Source: Amphiscolops sp. MND2022
Lineage: Eukaryota
NCBI GenBank assembly: GCA_964187785.1
Contig: OZ076409.1
Coordinates: forward strand, 99,760,001 to 99,824,000
Length of the DNA stretch: 64,000 bases
Reading direction: 5' to 3'
Shown: positions 1 through 13,957 of the stretch, in pieces
Layout of the letters: each line of letters opens with the position of its first letter
How positions within the stretch are numbered: position 1 is the stretch's first letter
Notes under the pieces: generated by a model
The model's input: the letters and a program-made list of their open reading frames with translations, nothing else
The model's database searches: none
Told to the model about the DNA's origin: nothing
Translations under genes and position numbers: made by a program

Positions 1-2157
1 GCACCCTTTGGAGACTGAAAATAATTGCGAAAAAAGTCTCACGAAGCCGAAATAACATGAACGAAAAAATTTCGGTCAAGGGCGAAACTCGAACCCACGT
101 CCTTGTCCTTGGCAGACCTCAAACAAACTTAATTGATCTCTATGTCACGTGGCAGTAGAAGTAGCAGTTCAGTGTAGCCAGCTTATGAAGCTTATAAAAT
201 TTGTCACTTTTTTGGTCTTAGAAAAAAGTCACTGCTTTAGTCTGCGTTTTCCACCAAAAGCGCTGACTAAAAAGAATTCTAGGTATGCCTTTGATCTTAG
301 GGACACTGGGGACCTATTCCCGTATAATACACTTTTCAATTCTCGTATAAAGTGACTGGTTTTTTCTCAAATTTTTACATACCTTGCGTCCAATATAAAG
401 CTTTAGGGTCATGTTCCCAGTACATTTTCCAGGACTTTTTCGGATTTTCGAATAATCTTTATTCAACAATGATACTGAATCCACGTCCCCCGGTGTCGTA
501 ACTAGTGAGTTGAGGTATTTTGTCCACTCCGTCCATATCATGGGTGTTTCCCAATGATGGCTCTTCGCCAGAGGTTATTTCCATGTTGGAACAGCCTAGT
601 CCGGTGTTTGAGTTAGTGAGATTGTCAACCTTCGACGACAGGGTTCCGATCAACCTCAGTATTCCTCGCCGCCCGCGTTCAGTATTATCAAGTCTCTCAG
701 AGACTTTACTCTCAATTTCATGCTCATGTCCTCAATTTCGTCTCAGACAAAATAGAACTTTCAGTGTAACGCTGGCAACTGGACTCGTTCTTAACTCTGC
801 CCTCTTCGGGGGAGTCTCTTCTCAGTCTACTTTTGATAGGTTTATCAGGGATTCGGACTGGGGAAAAATAATGTGAGCGAGGTATCAATGTAATTAAAGT
901 CTCGTTTGTTTTCATGTATCATCTGATGGATCACCAATTTTCGCTCAGAAACTTTTTTTGGAATCAGATTGGTAAATTATCGAAAGGTAAATCATTGTCA
1001 AGTAGGATTATTCAAATGAAACAAATACAAAGTAAAATATCATCGAAGATTAAAGAGAATCTTTCTATACAAATTATTGACAAAGATTGGTGAAGAGTAT
1101 CACAGGCTCATTCGAAGGCAGAGCACAAATCGTGTCACTCTAATCCCGCGACAGGTTTAATTAGTTTTCGCTAGAAATGCCGGATACATCCCGGGAGTCA
1201 ACTCACACCTCATTCAGACTAACGTCCTTCCGAGTCCATGAATTCCAAATAAAAGACTCTTCCTCGGGATTCGCCTTTCCGTTTCATCTCACTCTCAAGG
1301 AAATGTGGGAATCATCTACCTGCCAAAGCCCAATTCCACGTCCCTCCTTCATCCTTCTCCCAACCCCCAAATCGTAACGCTGAAGATGAAGTTGGTAACG
1401 AAAACCCAAGAACCTAGCTACTGACGCGGAAAAAGAAATGAAATTATCACCAAGGAAAACCAGAGAGTTCGAAAATTTCAAAAAGCAGCTTGTACTAATT
1501 ACAAGATTAGCGCTTCCTCATTCTCATTTGCGGAAATGAATAATTATTAGGAACAATTAACATTTTGAATAATATTGACATATTTGAAATCCTCGTCCTG
1601 CAACAGGTACTTCCTTTGACTCAGAATGACTAAACAGTTGTCCAGAGTGTTGACTCAGTTCGTATATAATCCCTTGATCAAAATGAATGGTATTAAAGGC
1701 AACAAACATGAATAAACAATGTACTAGCAACAATTATTACATTTATATAATGGAAAACTGCATCCTGACTTTTTTAAGTTCTTCAGTCCGTCAGACTGAA
1801 TTGAATAGACAATCCTGGAGAATGACACAGACAAAAACTGTATTTCATTGCCTGAGACGTCCACTCGGATTTTATTTTAATCAAGATCGAAACAATAACA
1901 CGACAGCATCAGTATTGATTTCTACATTTCATATTATGTCATCCCCTTCATTTTAGGTTTCTTTTAAGCTATGGATTAGTACTGAAATAGCACTGAAATA
2001 TGGTTAAAATTTTAGTGAATGTTCCAACGCGTTCAATGGTTGACTGCGCTGTTGACTCAGCTCAACTCAACTTGGAGGCTGCCGCCTGGGACAGCAACTC
2101 AGTTAACTGAAAAGCATTTGCTCCTAAATCTTATTGGCTGATTTATTTAGCTACTAA
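1..2157. repeat. Copy 1 of a near-identical ~2.2-kb direct duplication (may extend left of the window)
   Basis: Matches 5174-7348 except scattered substitutions and a short indel near 7050; identity stops after ...ttagctactaa. The ORF track repeats with a 5174 offset. Confidence 0.95.
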
Positions 2158-4933
2158 GTTCTTCAAGTGCATTTGGGCTAAATTTTGGGTTTTCAAGTGC
2201 TAAGATGTATTCTTTTACTCTATTCAGAAAAACATGGAAAACTTCTTTATTGGGAATTTGAAGATTAATTGTGTTTATTGTTCTTCTATATGTTTTAATA
2301 GAGGAGGTTTCTTGTTGCGGAAAGTAATTTGGAAGGATGGGTATTCCGTAGAGGCGGTTGTAGAACTATGTCTAATATAGGAAAGATATATATATCCAGA
2401 TGTTCTCTAATAAGAGGAATTGTTTCAAGGCTGTGGGTTTCACTTTCAAATGAAAGTGGTTGAGTATAATTGTAAACAATGTTATGTAGAAATGGTTTTA
2501 TTTCAGTTTTTACTACTTTTCCCCTTTTAATGTAAAGTATCTCAAAAAGTGAAGGGGAAGATATTGAGGAGTTCGTGATAGGAATTACTTCTTTTTGTTG
2601 TAAGTATCTTTTCCAACAGGATGCAAAATAAAAATAAAACAGAAAATGTATAAGTGGTGATAAGTATTATTGTGGTAACTTTTTCCCACATTATAGTTAT
2701 AACACTAGTTGTAAAAATGATTGTTTCTATTGTGTATATGATAGCGGTCAGAAGGATTTATTAGTATAATCTCTTTTGTTGTAATATGTATGAAGTTATA
2801 TTTTTGTTAGAAGTTTTAAGTTGGTGATCTTGGGTAATTTCGTTGTTGGTCTAAGAGATAGAAAAAGAATTGTGCGTATTGTTGACTTAATCTTTCAAAG
2901 TCTACAGTTGAAGGATTAGAGATTGTACTGAGTTGATGTTTAACTAAATGTGTAGGAATAGGTAGTGAAGGAGTAGAGAGAGGTAAATTGTCGGAAGTTT
3001 GATTATGTGTGTTTGAGTTCATATATTTTTATAATATGAAATAATTATGAAATTGTTTGAAGTGTTGGTATTGTTAGGGATAGAGAAGAAAGAAGCGGAT
3101 GCAATAGAATATGTAATCAATCTCAAAAGATTGCTAACAGAATCCGAGTCGTGATTTAAGTCTGGATTAAATTAAAGTGTCTGACATAAGGCCACTGACA
3201 CATCCAGTAAGAGTTATATTTTAGAGCTGGACTTCAACTAAGGTGTCTAACATAAGGTTACTGACTCGTCCAGAAAAGCTAAGAAAATTTTAATTTTAAG
3301 TGAGTTGTGTGTTTTAAGACTAAAGGAGCGGAACTCTGAACAATCAACGTCCACTATCCAAAGTCGGATCAGTACTGATCAAGATCAAAGTTCGATCTTT
3401 TGTGTGTTTTACGTTCACTTTTACTTCCTGAGAATTTCGAAGATTCGAAGGTAGTTCTGTGTCCTCTAGATTCTCTTTAGTGACGTTTAAACTTAACTAA
3501 GGTGTTTAGTCAGCCTTAGAATCGAACTACGCAACTTAAAACTAGGTAGGCTTTGATTGTCTAAGTCTTACTGGAGGGAATAGGAATTGTGGGTGCCTGA
3601 AAATATAAAACTACCTTTACAGTTTGTTTTTTTATTTGCATGTCTTGTTTTAGATATTTAGGGCAAAAGAGTTGTGTTAAAATTCTATGTGTAGCTTTGT
3701 TAAAATTGAATGTTTTGTGAGAATAGGTTAAAATTATTGAGTAGATTGGGAATTTTGTCGACAGAAGAATGATAGCGAGTCTTGGTTACTTTTATGGGTT
3801 TCTGATTCTAGTTCAGAAGGTAAATTTAGAGTTTGTTTAATAAAAATTGGATCCAAAGCGAAAAATAGAAAATCCAGGTTTTCTGCCAACACGAAGTTGA
3901 TCTTGAAACGTATGTGCTTATAGGTGAGATGAGTTTAGCGTGCACTCAGTCAACTATTACACCAGAAGTCCACCTGACGTTCAAGATAGCAGGATTCAAG
4001 AATTTTTTGCCGTGTCAAAGGTGTTAGTAAACCTTGATAAACCGGACAAAATTGTGTCAACAATCTTCCGGATAGCTGTGATAAATCAGTATGGAGAACA
4101 GAACTGCGTCACTGTGGATAGATCAGTCTGGAAAGAAGAGCAGAACTGTGTCACTATGGATAGTTCACTCTGAAAATGTACCGTGTCAACGTGTTAGAAA
4201 ACGTGATAAACCGGCAAGGCAAGAAGAGCAAAAGAAGAACCGTGTCAAAGTTTATTGAAAAACGTGATAAACTGGATTTGGAGAAAAATTTGTTATATTT
4301 CAGATGGAGAAATTTTTTGTCTAACAATGATGTATTTATTGAAGAAATTCAGAAAGTCACAGACTAAATCTTCCAGGAAATCTAGGAAAATTCCACTGCA
4401 ATCGAAAAGAATTTCAAAGAGAAGGAGTGGTAGGTGTTGTATTGATGAGAGAAGAGAAAGCATTCAGCGGAAAAAAGAAAAAAATTTACAAGTTGCACCG
4501 AATTGTGCTGCTTTAAGAGTCTTTTATTTTATGTTGGTGGTCTTGATGGTCTAGATGCTACAGAGCTAAATTATCAGAAAGGTGCTAGCTAGCTGGTTGA
4601 CTATACTAAAGCTAGGAGGTCTGAAAAGAGGAAAAGAAGGAAGTCGACTAAACACAGATTATTAGTTTTCTCTCTCTGAAGGAGTGAAATTTACAGTCAT
4701 TCAATATTAAATAAATGTACATTCTCGAACATTCTATAAACATCTAAATACTATTGGTTATTAATGTAGGTCAGTACAGGGTGCACTGTCAGTTACACAT
4801 GGAAATAAACTCTGCAATTAGCGTCAGAGTTACCCCTGAGATAAAAAAAATATTATAGGGTCGCTGTCTTCGGGACATCTGTTAATATTAAGGATACTAG
4901 AGAAGACACAAACGGGTTGCAGACAAAATAGAC

Positions 4934-5447
4934 ACCAAGCCGGGAACGGCCCAAGGCGGCGCCATATCTAAGGCTCAAAAGTAGTAAAAAGACTTCAAGG
5001 TGTCAAGTATTCTCTTCTTCTGTACCCGGATGAGGAAAAAAGTCTCCAGAATTTTTTTTCGAAATTTTTTGAAGTCTCCTGTAAGTCGCATAGTGCCGAA
5101 AAATGTGAAAGTGGGGACCAATTAGGATATTTTTGTACATCCATAAAGTTGCAAAATAGAGAAAATTGAACTAGCACCCTTTGGAGACTGAAAATAATTG
5201 CGAAAAAAAGTCTCACGAAGCCGAAATAACATGAACGAAAAAATTTCGTTCAAGGGCGAGACTCGAACCCACGTCCTTCTCCTTGGCAGACATCAAACAA
5301 ACTTAATTGATCTCTATGTCACGTGGCAGTAGAAGTAGCAGTTCAGTGTAGCCAGCTTATGAAGCTTATAAAATTTGTCACTTTGTTGGTCTTAGAAAAA
5401 AGTCACTGCTTTAGTCTGCGTTTTCCACCAAAAGCGCTGACTAGAAA
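4934..5447 (-). mobile_element. Non-autonomous Helentron/HINE-like repeat containing a tRNA-like segment
   Basis: Shares the terminal motif caag..gggaac.gcccaag..ggcgc.atatctaaggctcaaaa and the opposite end aaaagcgc.gacta with copies at 1-273, ~8760-9200, 26856-27331, 61539-62020 and 63271-63505. B-box-like GGTTCGAGTC on the minus strand near 5260-5270. Confidence 0.6.
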
Positions 5448-7348
5448 GGATTCTTGGTATGCCTTTGATCTTAGGGACACTGGGGACCTATTCCCGTATA
5501 ATACACTTTTCAATTCTCGTATAAAGTGACTGGTTTTTCCTCAAATTTTTACATACTTTGCGTCCAATATTAAGCTTTAGGGTCATGTTCCCAGTACATT
5601 TTCCAGGACTTTTTCGGATTTTCGAATAATCTTTATTCAACAATGATACTGAATCCACGTACCCCGGTGTCGTAACTAGTGAGTTGAGGTATTTTGTCCA
5701 CTCCGTCCATATCATGGGTGTTTCCCAATGATGGCCCTTCGCCAGAGGTTATTTCCATGTTGGAACAGCCTAGTCCGGTGTTTGAGTTAGTGAGATTGTC
5801 AACCTTCGACGACAGGGTTCCGATCAACCTCAGTATTCCTCGCCGCCCGCGTTCAGTATTATCAAGTCTCTCGGAGACTTTACTCTCAATTTCATGCTCA
5901 TGTCCTCAATTTCGTCTCAGACAAAATAGAACTTTCAGTGTAACGCTGGCAACTGGACTCGTTCTTATCTCTGCCCTCCTCGGGGGAGTCTCTTCTCAGT
6001 CTACTTTTGATAGATTTATCAGGGATTCGGACTGGGGAAAAATAATGTGAGCGAGGTATCAATGTAATTAAAGTCTCGTTTGTGTTCATATATCATCTGA
6101 TGGATCACCAATTTTCGCTCAAAAACTTTTTTTGGAATCAGATTGGTAAATTATCGAAAGGTAAATCATTGTCAAGAAGGGTTATTCAAATGAAACAAAT
6201 ACAAAGTAAAATATCATCGAAGATTAAAGAGAATCTTTCTATACAAACTATTGACAAAGATTGGTGAAGAGTATCACAGGCTTATTCGAAGGCAGAGCAC
6301 AAATCGTGTCACTCTAATCCCGCGTCAGGTTTAATTAGTTTTCGCTAGAAATGCCGGATACATCCCGGGGGTCAACTCACACCTCATTCAGACTAACGTC
6401 CTTCCGAGTCCATGAATTCCAAATAAAAGACTCTTCCTCGGGATTCGCCTTTCCGTTTCATCTCACTCTCAAGGAAATGTGGGAATCATCTACCTGCCAA
6501 AGCCCAATTCCACGTCCCTCCTTCATCCTTCTCCCAACCCCCAAATCGTAACGCTGAAGATGAAGTTGGTAACGAAAACCCAAGAACCTAGCTACTGACG
6601 CGGAAAAAGAAATGAAATTATCACCAAGGAAAACCAGAGAGTTCGAAAATTTCAAAAAGCAGCTTGTACTAATTACAAGATTAGCGCTTCCTCATTCTCA
6701 TTTGCGGAAATGAATAATTATTAGGAACAATTAACATTTTGAATAATATTGACATATTTGAAATCCTCGTCCTGCAACAGGTACTTCCTTTGACTCAGAA
6801 TGACTAAACAGTTGTCCAGAGTGTTGACTCAGTTCGTATATAATCCCTTGGTCAAAATGAATGGTATTAAAGGCAACAAACATGAATAAACAATGTACTA
6901 GCAACAATTATTACATTTATATAATGGAAAACTGCATCCTGACCTTTTTAAGTTCTTCACTCCGTCAGACTGAATTGAATAGACAATCCTGGAGAATGAC
7001 ACAGACAAAAACTGTATTTCATTGCCTGAGACGTCCACTCGGATTTTATTTTAGAAGTGAACTTTATTTTTTTAAGATCGAAACAATAACACGACAGCAT
7101 CAGTATTGATTTCTACAATTCATATTATGTCATCCCCTTCATATTAGGTTTCTTTTAAGCTATGGATTAGTACTGAAATAGCACTGAAATATGGTTAAAA
7201 TTTTAGTGAATGTTCCAACGCGTTCAATGGTTGACTGCGCTGTTGACTCAGCTCAACTCAACTTGGAGGCTGCCGCCTGGGACAGCAACTCAGTTAACTG
7301 AAAAGCATTTGCTCCTAAATCTTATTGGCTGATTTATTTAGCTACTAA
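5174..7348. repeat. Copy 2 of the ~2.2-kb direct duplication
   Basis: See 1-2157. Confidence 0.95.
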
Positions 7349-8759
7349 TGCCTGCTTGTATTAGCTGCCGTTGTTGAAGCAACATTCCCGCCAACGCGCT
7401 TCCTGAATTAGATTCAGTCAACGCGCCGGCTGTTTGAATACAAATAAATACTGCACTCATCAATATTCAAGTATTCACATATGTGTGTATTTCAGGTACT
7501 GCGGGGCGGTGGTTAATGTTAATCGGACATTTAAATACATCTTTAAATACTTAGAGTGGTCATATATTAGCTTTCGTTGCAGATGTCGTCATACTTCATC
7601 AATACGGGCTATGCTTGATTAGGGAGTTTCCGAAATTGGCATCGCCTTGTTAATTTGACAGCTGAAGCGTCGAATTTCAAACCTTGTGATAGAAAGTTGT
7701 AAAAAGAGCCCCTCGAATAATACATTGATGATAGTTGCGAAAATGGGGTCTAGAACTTGATTCACGCTTTTCCTTCATATCAATTTTACACTTTTTCACA
7801 CTCAATGGACATTAATCATGATTCACTTTTACCGAAAATATACATCAAAGTCAAGTGGATTTAGACCAGATGTGTTGAATCGTTGAATTTGTTTCACCAA
7901 CCGATTCAGGACATGTTTTTGAGGAGCCCAAATTATTGTTAGGTTAAATGACAGAGTCCGAAGATTTTACCAATGAGCACAAGCTAACTATGTTATTCTA
8001 GGAAAACCGTTCTAAAAAGGTTCACATCTTGCAAAAACAAATCAAATTCAAAATTGTTTTCAATCAAATCTTCCAAAGTTGTTGGGACGCAGCTGAGAGA
8101 ATGGACTTTTTCAGTGTTGATTTTTTGGGCGAAAGTGACAGATAAATTTTATCCTTCTCCTAAGAAACTGAAAAAAAATCTCCTAAGCAACTTATTTTTC
8201 TGCTGACAGTTTTTGTTCGAAACTACTAGCCACAGTTGAACACAGTTTGCTAGTTGGTCTAGGGGTTACAGTGCAAAGTGTTCAATTCCCGCAGAGGACT
8301 GAATTTTTTTCTTGATTCTAAATTCAATTTAAAGTTGACCAATACTAATTGCTTCCTAAAATGAAGTAAATCAAAGAAAGAAGTTATCACCATACCAATT
8401 GGTTTGGACGTTGTTTGATTATTCTTCGAACGGCATTGCGGTGGGATGTCAACGTTTTCAGACAGAGGTTCTGAAAGATCGATCTTAGCTTATACGGATT
8501 TTTTTCTACATTTTCAAAATGAACTTTACTACGGTAAGTAAATTGTTCACACACTTTCCTACTACACTTACCTTTCATCGACACTTTCATTCATTCTTGA
8601 TTTTTCAGCGAAGGTCTGATTTTTTTTCGGCGCATTTTCCTTAAAACGAAAAATGACCGAATCTTACAGTGACCTTTTTTTTCTTCAGAGCACAGACCTC
8701 ACACTGATCTGTCCACTTTTTACAGAAACTACTAAAACTACTCAGGCCAAGTCTGGCCA

Positions 8760-9200
8760 ATGCAAACTTAGCGCAAAGGGTCCCCCTTTCATTTTTACTT
8801 TTTCAACGTAACCTACAAAACCGGACGAGACTAAAGGGTCCCCCTTTCAATTTTTTCGGCACTATGCGACTTATTTCGGAAAATTTTCATTGTCTCAAAA
8901 GGGTTTTGTGATATTTTGCAACAGAATGTATGTTGATACATCCCAAACCCCCCTTTTCATTTTTTGGTACTATGCGACATTTTCCGATAAAAAATCCGAA
9001 GTTTTTTTCAAAAAAAAATGTTTTATTGTTGCAGTTGGGGAAAAAGTGGTTTCCAAGTCTTATCGAGCATGAAAGGCACCCTTAGGGTGTCTCGAAACTG
9101 CTTTCTGAGCTTTTCATAAATACGTCCTGGGCATATTTTAAAAACTTTGCGCTTTTTGAGCTTTAGATATAGCGCCGACTTCAGACGTTCTCGTCTTGTT
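8760..9200 (+). mobile_element. Helentron/HINE-like repeat, same family
   Basis: Ends tttttgagctttagatatagcgccgact, then hairpin agacg-ttct-cgtct, then tgtt. Internal aagggtcccc and ttttcggcact motifs are the reverse complement of 61539-62020. Left boundary approximate. Confidence 0.6.
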
Positions 9201-9384
9201 CTTCAATATTCTTGCAACCTAAAGAACCCGTCTTCTACATATTTCTTCCACATATTTCGATTCAGACGAAAGCTAATTAAATATGGTCAACTATCAGAAA
9301 AATGTTGTGATAAACTCCATTCGTAACTTTTCACCGATTTCATAAAAAAAACAAAAATGAATTTCAGAAAACCAGAAAGTGTCC

Positions 9385-9650
9385 TCCCTTGCTGCAGTCG
9401 AACATTTTCTGCAATGTTGGAAGACAATGCATTATTCTTGCAGGTATCTCGGAATATCTTGGAAGAAACTGTCTGATCTTGCAAGATCTTGCAAGAAATG
9501 TTTGAAACTACAAGAGATGTCTGATCTGACAGAATCTGACAAGACAAGTTTTGTGTGAAATGTAAGATACTTGCAATATTTTTGCAGATAGTATGATATG
9601 TTCCTTTTCTGCAAGATTCTTGCAAGAAATGTATGGCAGTTCGACTAGGG
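9385..9650. repeat. MITE-like element built from ~11-bp caagatcttg repeats
   Basis: Imperfect termini ccct..agtcgaac / gttcgactaggg with internal (caagatcttg)-type repeats. Related arrays at 35674-35775 plus 41722-41790, 58600-58752 and 61000-61122. Confidence 0.6.
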
Positions 9651-10604
9651 CTTCACTGTACAGAGAACTGCCTTGTTAAACGATCAACTCCGAAACGAGA
9701 AAATGCTTAACGTGTAAACACACATTCCATCTTCAGAAACATCAATTTCCAGCTTTATTTTGGAACACTCTTTCCCATAGTGGATGGAAACACGTTGTAT
9801 TGAAACACTTCCGATATCTGCAATAAATAAAGGGATTCTAGTCTATCATTAGCTTAGCTAGCTTGGAAATTTAGTCCTCAGTTCTAGAGAGTCTCATAAT
9901 TGTTTCACCAAGAGTTCAACTGGCTAGAATGAAAAACTTCTGAAATGAAATGAGATTCAACGAGTAACGAATCACTGATGGTTCTGTCTATCGAGAAACC
10001 AATAAACGGAACACACAAAAATTCAACTTCAAGATCGTGATCTTTGTAAAGAAGCCACTGAAAGATTTTTACTTTCTGTCAATCATCCTCTCATTACGCA
10101 ATCAAATTTTCAACAATGAATGATCCAAACCTACAGAAAAAGTCTGAACGTCTTCACCAGTCATTTCGTTCACACTTCTGATGTGTGAAAGTTCATTTGC
10201 TTCGAAGAAAAGTTGTCAATTTGAATGACTGACAAGCTGATATGCAATGTTCAGAGTTGTTTTGACTGTGATTGAGTTGACGGTGACTGGTTAAGATGTC
10301 TTGACTTTCTTGGAAGGTTTAAGACGTGCTCAGTTGAAAATGTGATTACGTAATGAAAGCTTCATTTTGAATGCTCGACCGAAAACGTGAGTGCTTATTT
10401 GTGAATTGTTTACAAATGTTACATATTTTGAACAGTAAAGTTTTTGTTTTTTATTTACATAGTAGGTTCGAACCATCCTTATTTGAAGATTTGATTACGT
10501 TATAAGAGCTTCAATCAAAACGATTGACAGAAAAGACGCTAAACGTTTCAACTTTTGGTTTACCTAGTAGTGAGTAGTAGTTCTAAAGATGCCTTGTGAG
10601 TATA

Positions 10605-10976
10605 CTAGGTGAACCAAAAAAAAACGGAACGCACAAAAATTTCGTTCTTCAAAATTGTAATATTTGTACACAAGCCTCAGAAAATTGTCCAGATAATCTT
10701 TCAAATCGGAGCTTTCATTACGTAATCAAATCTTCAAGAAAAGATGATTTGAACCCTCTGTGAAATTCTAGACATCTTCACCAGTCACTTTGTTCGCACT
10801 TCTGATGTGTGAAAGTTATTTGACACTCGAATGTGTGAAAGCAATGTTATCAAACTGTGTGATTGACAAGCTGAATTTTAGCGTTCAAAGTTGTTTTGAA
10901 ACATTTTGTTGACAGTTATTCAACATTTTGAGACCATAAACATTTTTGTGCCTTCCGTTTTTTTTGGTTCACCTAG
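10605..10976. mobile_element. Tc1/mariner-type MITE
   Basis: TIRs ctaggtgaaccaaaaaaaa(a)cggaa.gcacaaaaa and their reverse complement, flanked by TA on both sides. A related decayed sequence lies at ~10000-10510. Sits ~130 bp upstream of the host gene ATG. Confidence 0.8.
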
Positions 10977-11107
10977 TAGATTGGTTTTGTTTGGTAGTCT
11001 ACGAGCATTAACAATTTTGTCAGCAGAGATTGTAAATCATTTTTCATTTGGCTTTAGAACTGAAAAGTACTAATCCAATATTCGAGATCTCAAATAAGAC
11101 AAGAGAA

Positions 11108-13133
11108 ATGCGGATCCACACTTCTGTATTGGTGGCGGTCTTGCTGACCAATCTTGCACTGTGCACCTTAGGAATACATTGGAATTGTCCCACAGGTAAG
11201 ATTGAAAACTTCGATTCTGCAAATCAAAGACTGGTTTTCCGTCACACTGGCAATGAGATCCCAGCCAGTGAGTTCCAGAGGCTCTACAGAACAGGGTACC
11301 TGGATGTCGCCAAGATGGGCTGTCCTGGATCCCAGTACCGAGACCCCAAGTTGGGCTTTTTCTGGGCAGAGACCGAACGAGTGGTGATGAACATTTTCGA
11401 TACCCACAACAAATTGGCTGCCTCGGTTTACTTTGCGTTTCCTCAGGGAGACTCCTATGCTGATCGTCCTCAATGGGGGACCTTTTTCGAGTGGCAGTAC
11501 CTTCTGAATGCGGAAAAGCAGCACTATCAAGACATCCTCACAGCGCGTCACTTGAATGACGTTTCTGTTCTCAATGGCCGTCGGCGTTGGTACCTGGCAT
11601 CTTTCCACGATGGGTGTCCCAATGACCATATTTGGTTTTCCATCCTGGACAACAAGGGTCCTTGCTTGTGGGACAAGAGGTACGGCAAGCCCTCCTCGGG
11701 ACTGGATGTGACGACCATCGTGTACAGCCCCTTCGAGACTGCGACCCAGGCGCTAACGACCTTGTCAGTTGCGAGCAAGATCGAGCTGCGATTGGACGGA
11801 GCCTTTGTCACTGACCGTCCTCTGAGCGGCTACAGAAAAGTGCTGAGGTACCCCAATGCCGCTGGAGTTGACTTCTTGGAATTCTACGAGAACGGAACTT
11901 CCACGCAACCAGAAACTCCTGCTCAGGATCCACAAGACCCATTGTTAGTTTTCAAAATACTTTTTTCTGATTCAGTTTGAAATGGCGCTGCTTTGAATGA
12001 CCACAACATGCAAAAGTGCATTCAAATCTAGTTCTCGAAAAACCAGAAAAACTAACGACGCCTAGAATTTTTGCAATTTCTTTCTAGTTTCTGTGGAGCT
12101 CGATTCCTTATGCCTTGCAAAATATGAAAAATTTGAAAGGTTTAAAATGTAATTAGTCCGTTGGAATTCCCAAACATCCGAAATCCCAAACAGCAGAAAA
12201 TGAAAATTTGGTCTCAAACAGCAGAATATTTGTTTATGCTGCAATCTGATTGGCTGAAATTTGAAATCGAATTGAATTCACTAAGCTGAAACTATTATTA
12301 CTAACGTAGTCAGCTATGTTTACATACCCCTAGTGCCCTAAATTCAGGAGCGAAACAGTGATGTGCCAAATGGCCATGTCTCGATGTTGCTACTTGGCGA
12401 AGGGAGCGATACAACCAAGCCATACAAAAATGTCAATTTTTTCAAATCAAGTTTCATTTAGGCTGCCACAGCTAAAAGCTAATAATTTTAATTCTGCTAT
12501 TTGAGACCTATTTTGTAAATTCGGCTGTATGAATAGGCACCGGTCCATTATTGCAACTTGGTTTTTGTCGCAACAAATGTATATTTTTTCAGCGGTATCT
12601 GGAGACCAGTGATTGACTTTATCGGCTACAGCCCCAACAGCGGGGACCTACCCTCAGAGGACACTAAACTGTACCGATCTGGATCTTTCGAAGATGACGT
12701 CACAGGAGCCCGAAGCATCTTGGTCGTGGTGTACGACACTCTAGGAAACGTGGCCGAGGCTCTGACGTTCAAGGGTGCCAACCACTTAAAAGACTGGTTC
12801 CGCCCCGAGAACCTCATTTCCAGTTTGAACTGGAACTTGGATCTGGAAAAGTTCAACTTCTTCGGCGTCGACGGGGACCCGCTCTGGGGTAGGCGAATGT
12901 TCATCAACAAGGCGTACCTCGGCTGCGGTCTGGATTCTGGCTTTTTGGTCGTTTCCTGCTTGCCTCCGCCCGATGACAAGGCCCCGGCTTGCGACTGGGA
13001 GGACTTCTCGGGGAAAAAGGTGGAGAACCGGAAGCGCAAATGTGCCATTTTCTACACTCCCGATTCGGATGCCACCACCTGGAATTCGTACAAGTTCTTG
13101 ATCGCATCGGCCATCGAGATCTTCGTTAAGTGA
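11108..13133 (+). CDS. Secreted protein with two tandem uncharacterised Cys/Trp-containing domains; exons 11108-11943 and 12593-13133; 458 aa
   Basis: The ATG at 11108 opens a hydrophobic signal peptide (MRIHTSVLVAVLLTNLALCTLG). Phase-2 intron 11944-12592 (GTTAGT...ttttttcAG) joins the two GC-richer ORFs in frame (..QDP-F-GIWR..). Both halves share YR, GRR..(Y/F), GC..D, C.W(D/E), I.Y(S/T)P and AS.IE motifs. Confidence 0.85.
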
Positions 13134-13957
13134 AGATGACGTCATAAGTAATTGAGCTCTGTCTGTTCAACGTGTAGATACAAACTGTTTGCCTTCAAGT
13201 CCTCATTCGTACTGTATGTAATGGATTCATGGTTTTAGAAATAAAAATTTTTTGCACTTGGTTTTGGCTCTTCCGCGACCAAATTACTTCAGTTTGCTTT
13301 AGAACATGCAGCAAAAGTATTGACATTAACAGCTTAGATCAGAGTTACTAGATGTGAACCATAAAACGGAACGCGTGAAAATTTTGTTCATAAGAGTTCG
13401 AATATTTGAAATTTTTCTAAACTCTGAACGTTGTAATTCTCAATTCAGCCGTTCGTTTTGACAACTTTTCGAAGCGAAGAAAGTTTACACATTTTGTGCA
13501 AACCCGTGCTATGCTAAATTTAAACATGACTGCGATCAGGATGCGAGGTGTCAGTAAAATAAATGTCAAGTATAATAGCATGGTATGATGAGATACTTAG
13601 CTGGCACGCGATGAGCCAACAAAACTTTGGACGATTCGAAACAATGTTTTGAAGATGGTTGGAAGTTGATTCTCTCGACAAGATTTTTGTTCAGAATAAC
13701 TTATTCGCGTTTCTTGCCAGTGTCAGCTTGATAAATTTGAATTGCATTAGAGAAATTTTAATGCATGGAGGTTTCCCTGAGAACTTTATAAAATCATGAA
13801 AATTTAGCTTGGTAACCTACAAAAACTTGTAAAACGTTCAAGCAGTTCCAACCAGGGTGAAATAGATATTTAGCAGTTTAATAAGGTGGAATAGTGAAGC
13901 CTACGAGTGATTGTTGAATTGTGAACTTCGATTTACGCCAGTTTTATTTTTGATAAG

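Noticed and set aside
5255..5295. tRNA gene
   Set aside because: Only a B-box/T-arm and anticodon-like loop; no acceptor stem or D-arm; part of a dispersed repeat.
149..7622. Short ORFs as host genes
   Set aside because: No recognisable motifs; they recur only because the DNA is duplicated.
11048..11107. TTG-initiated N-terminal extension in the ORF track
   Set aside because: Eukaryotic gene; the ATG at 11108 directly opens the signal peptide.
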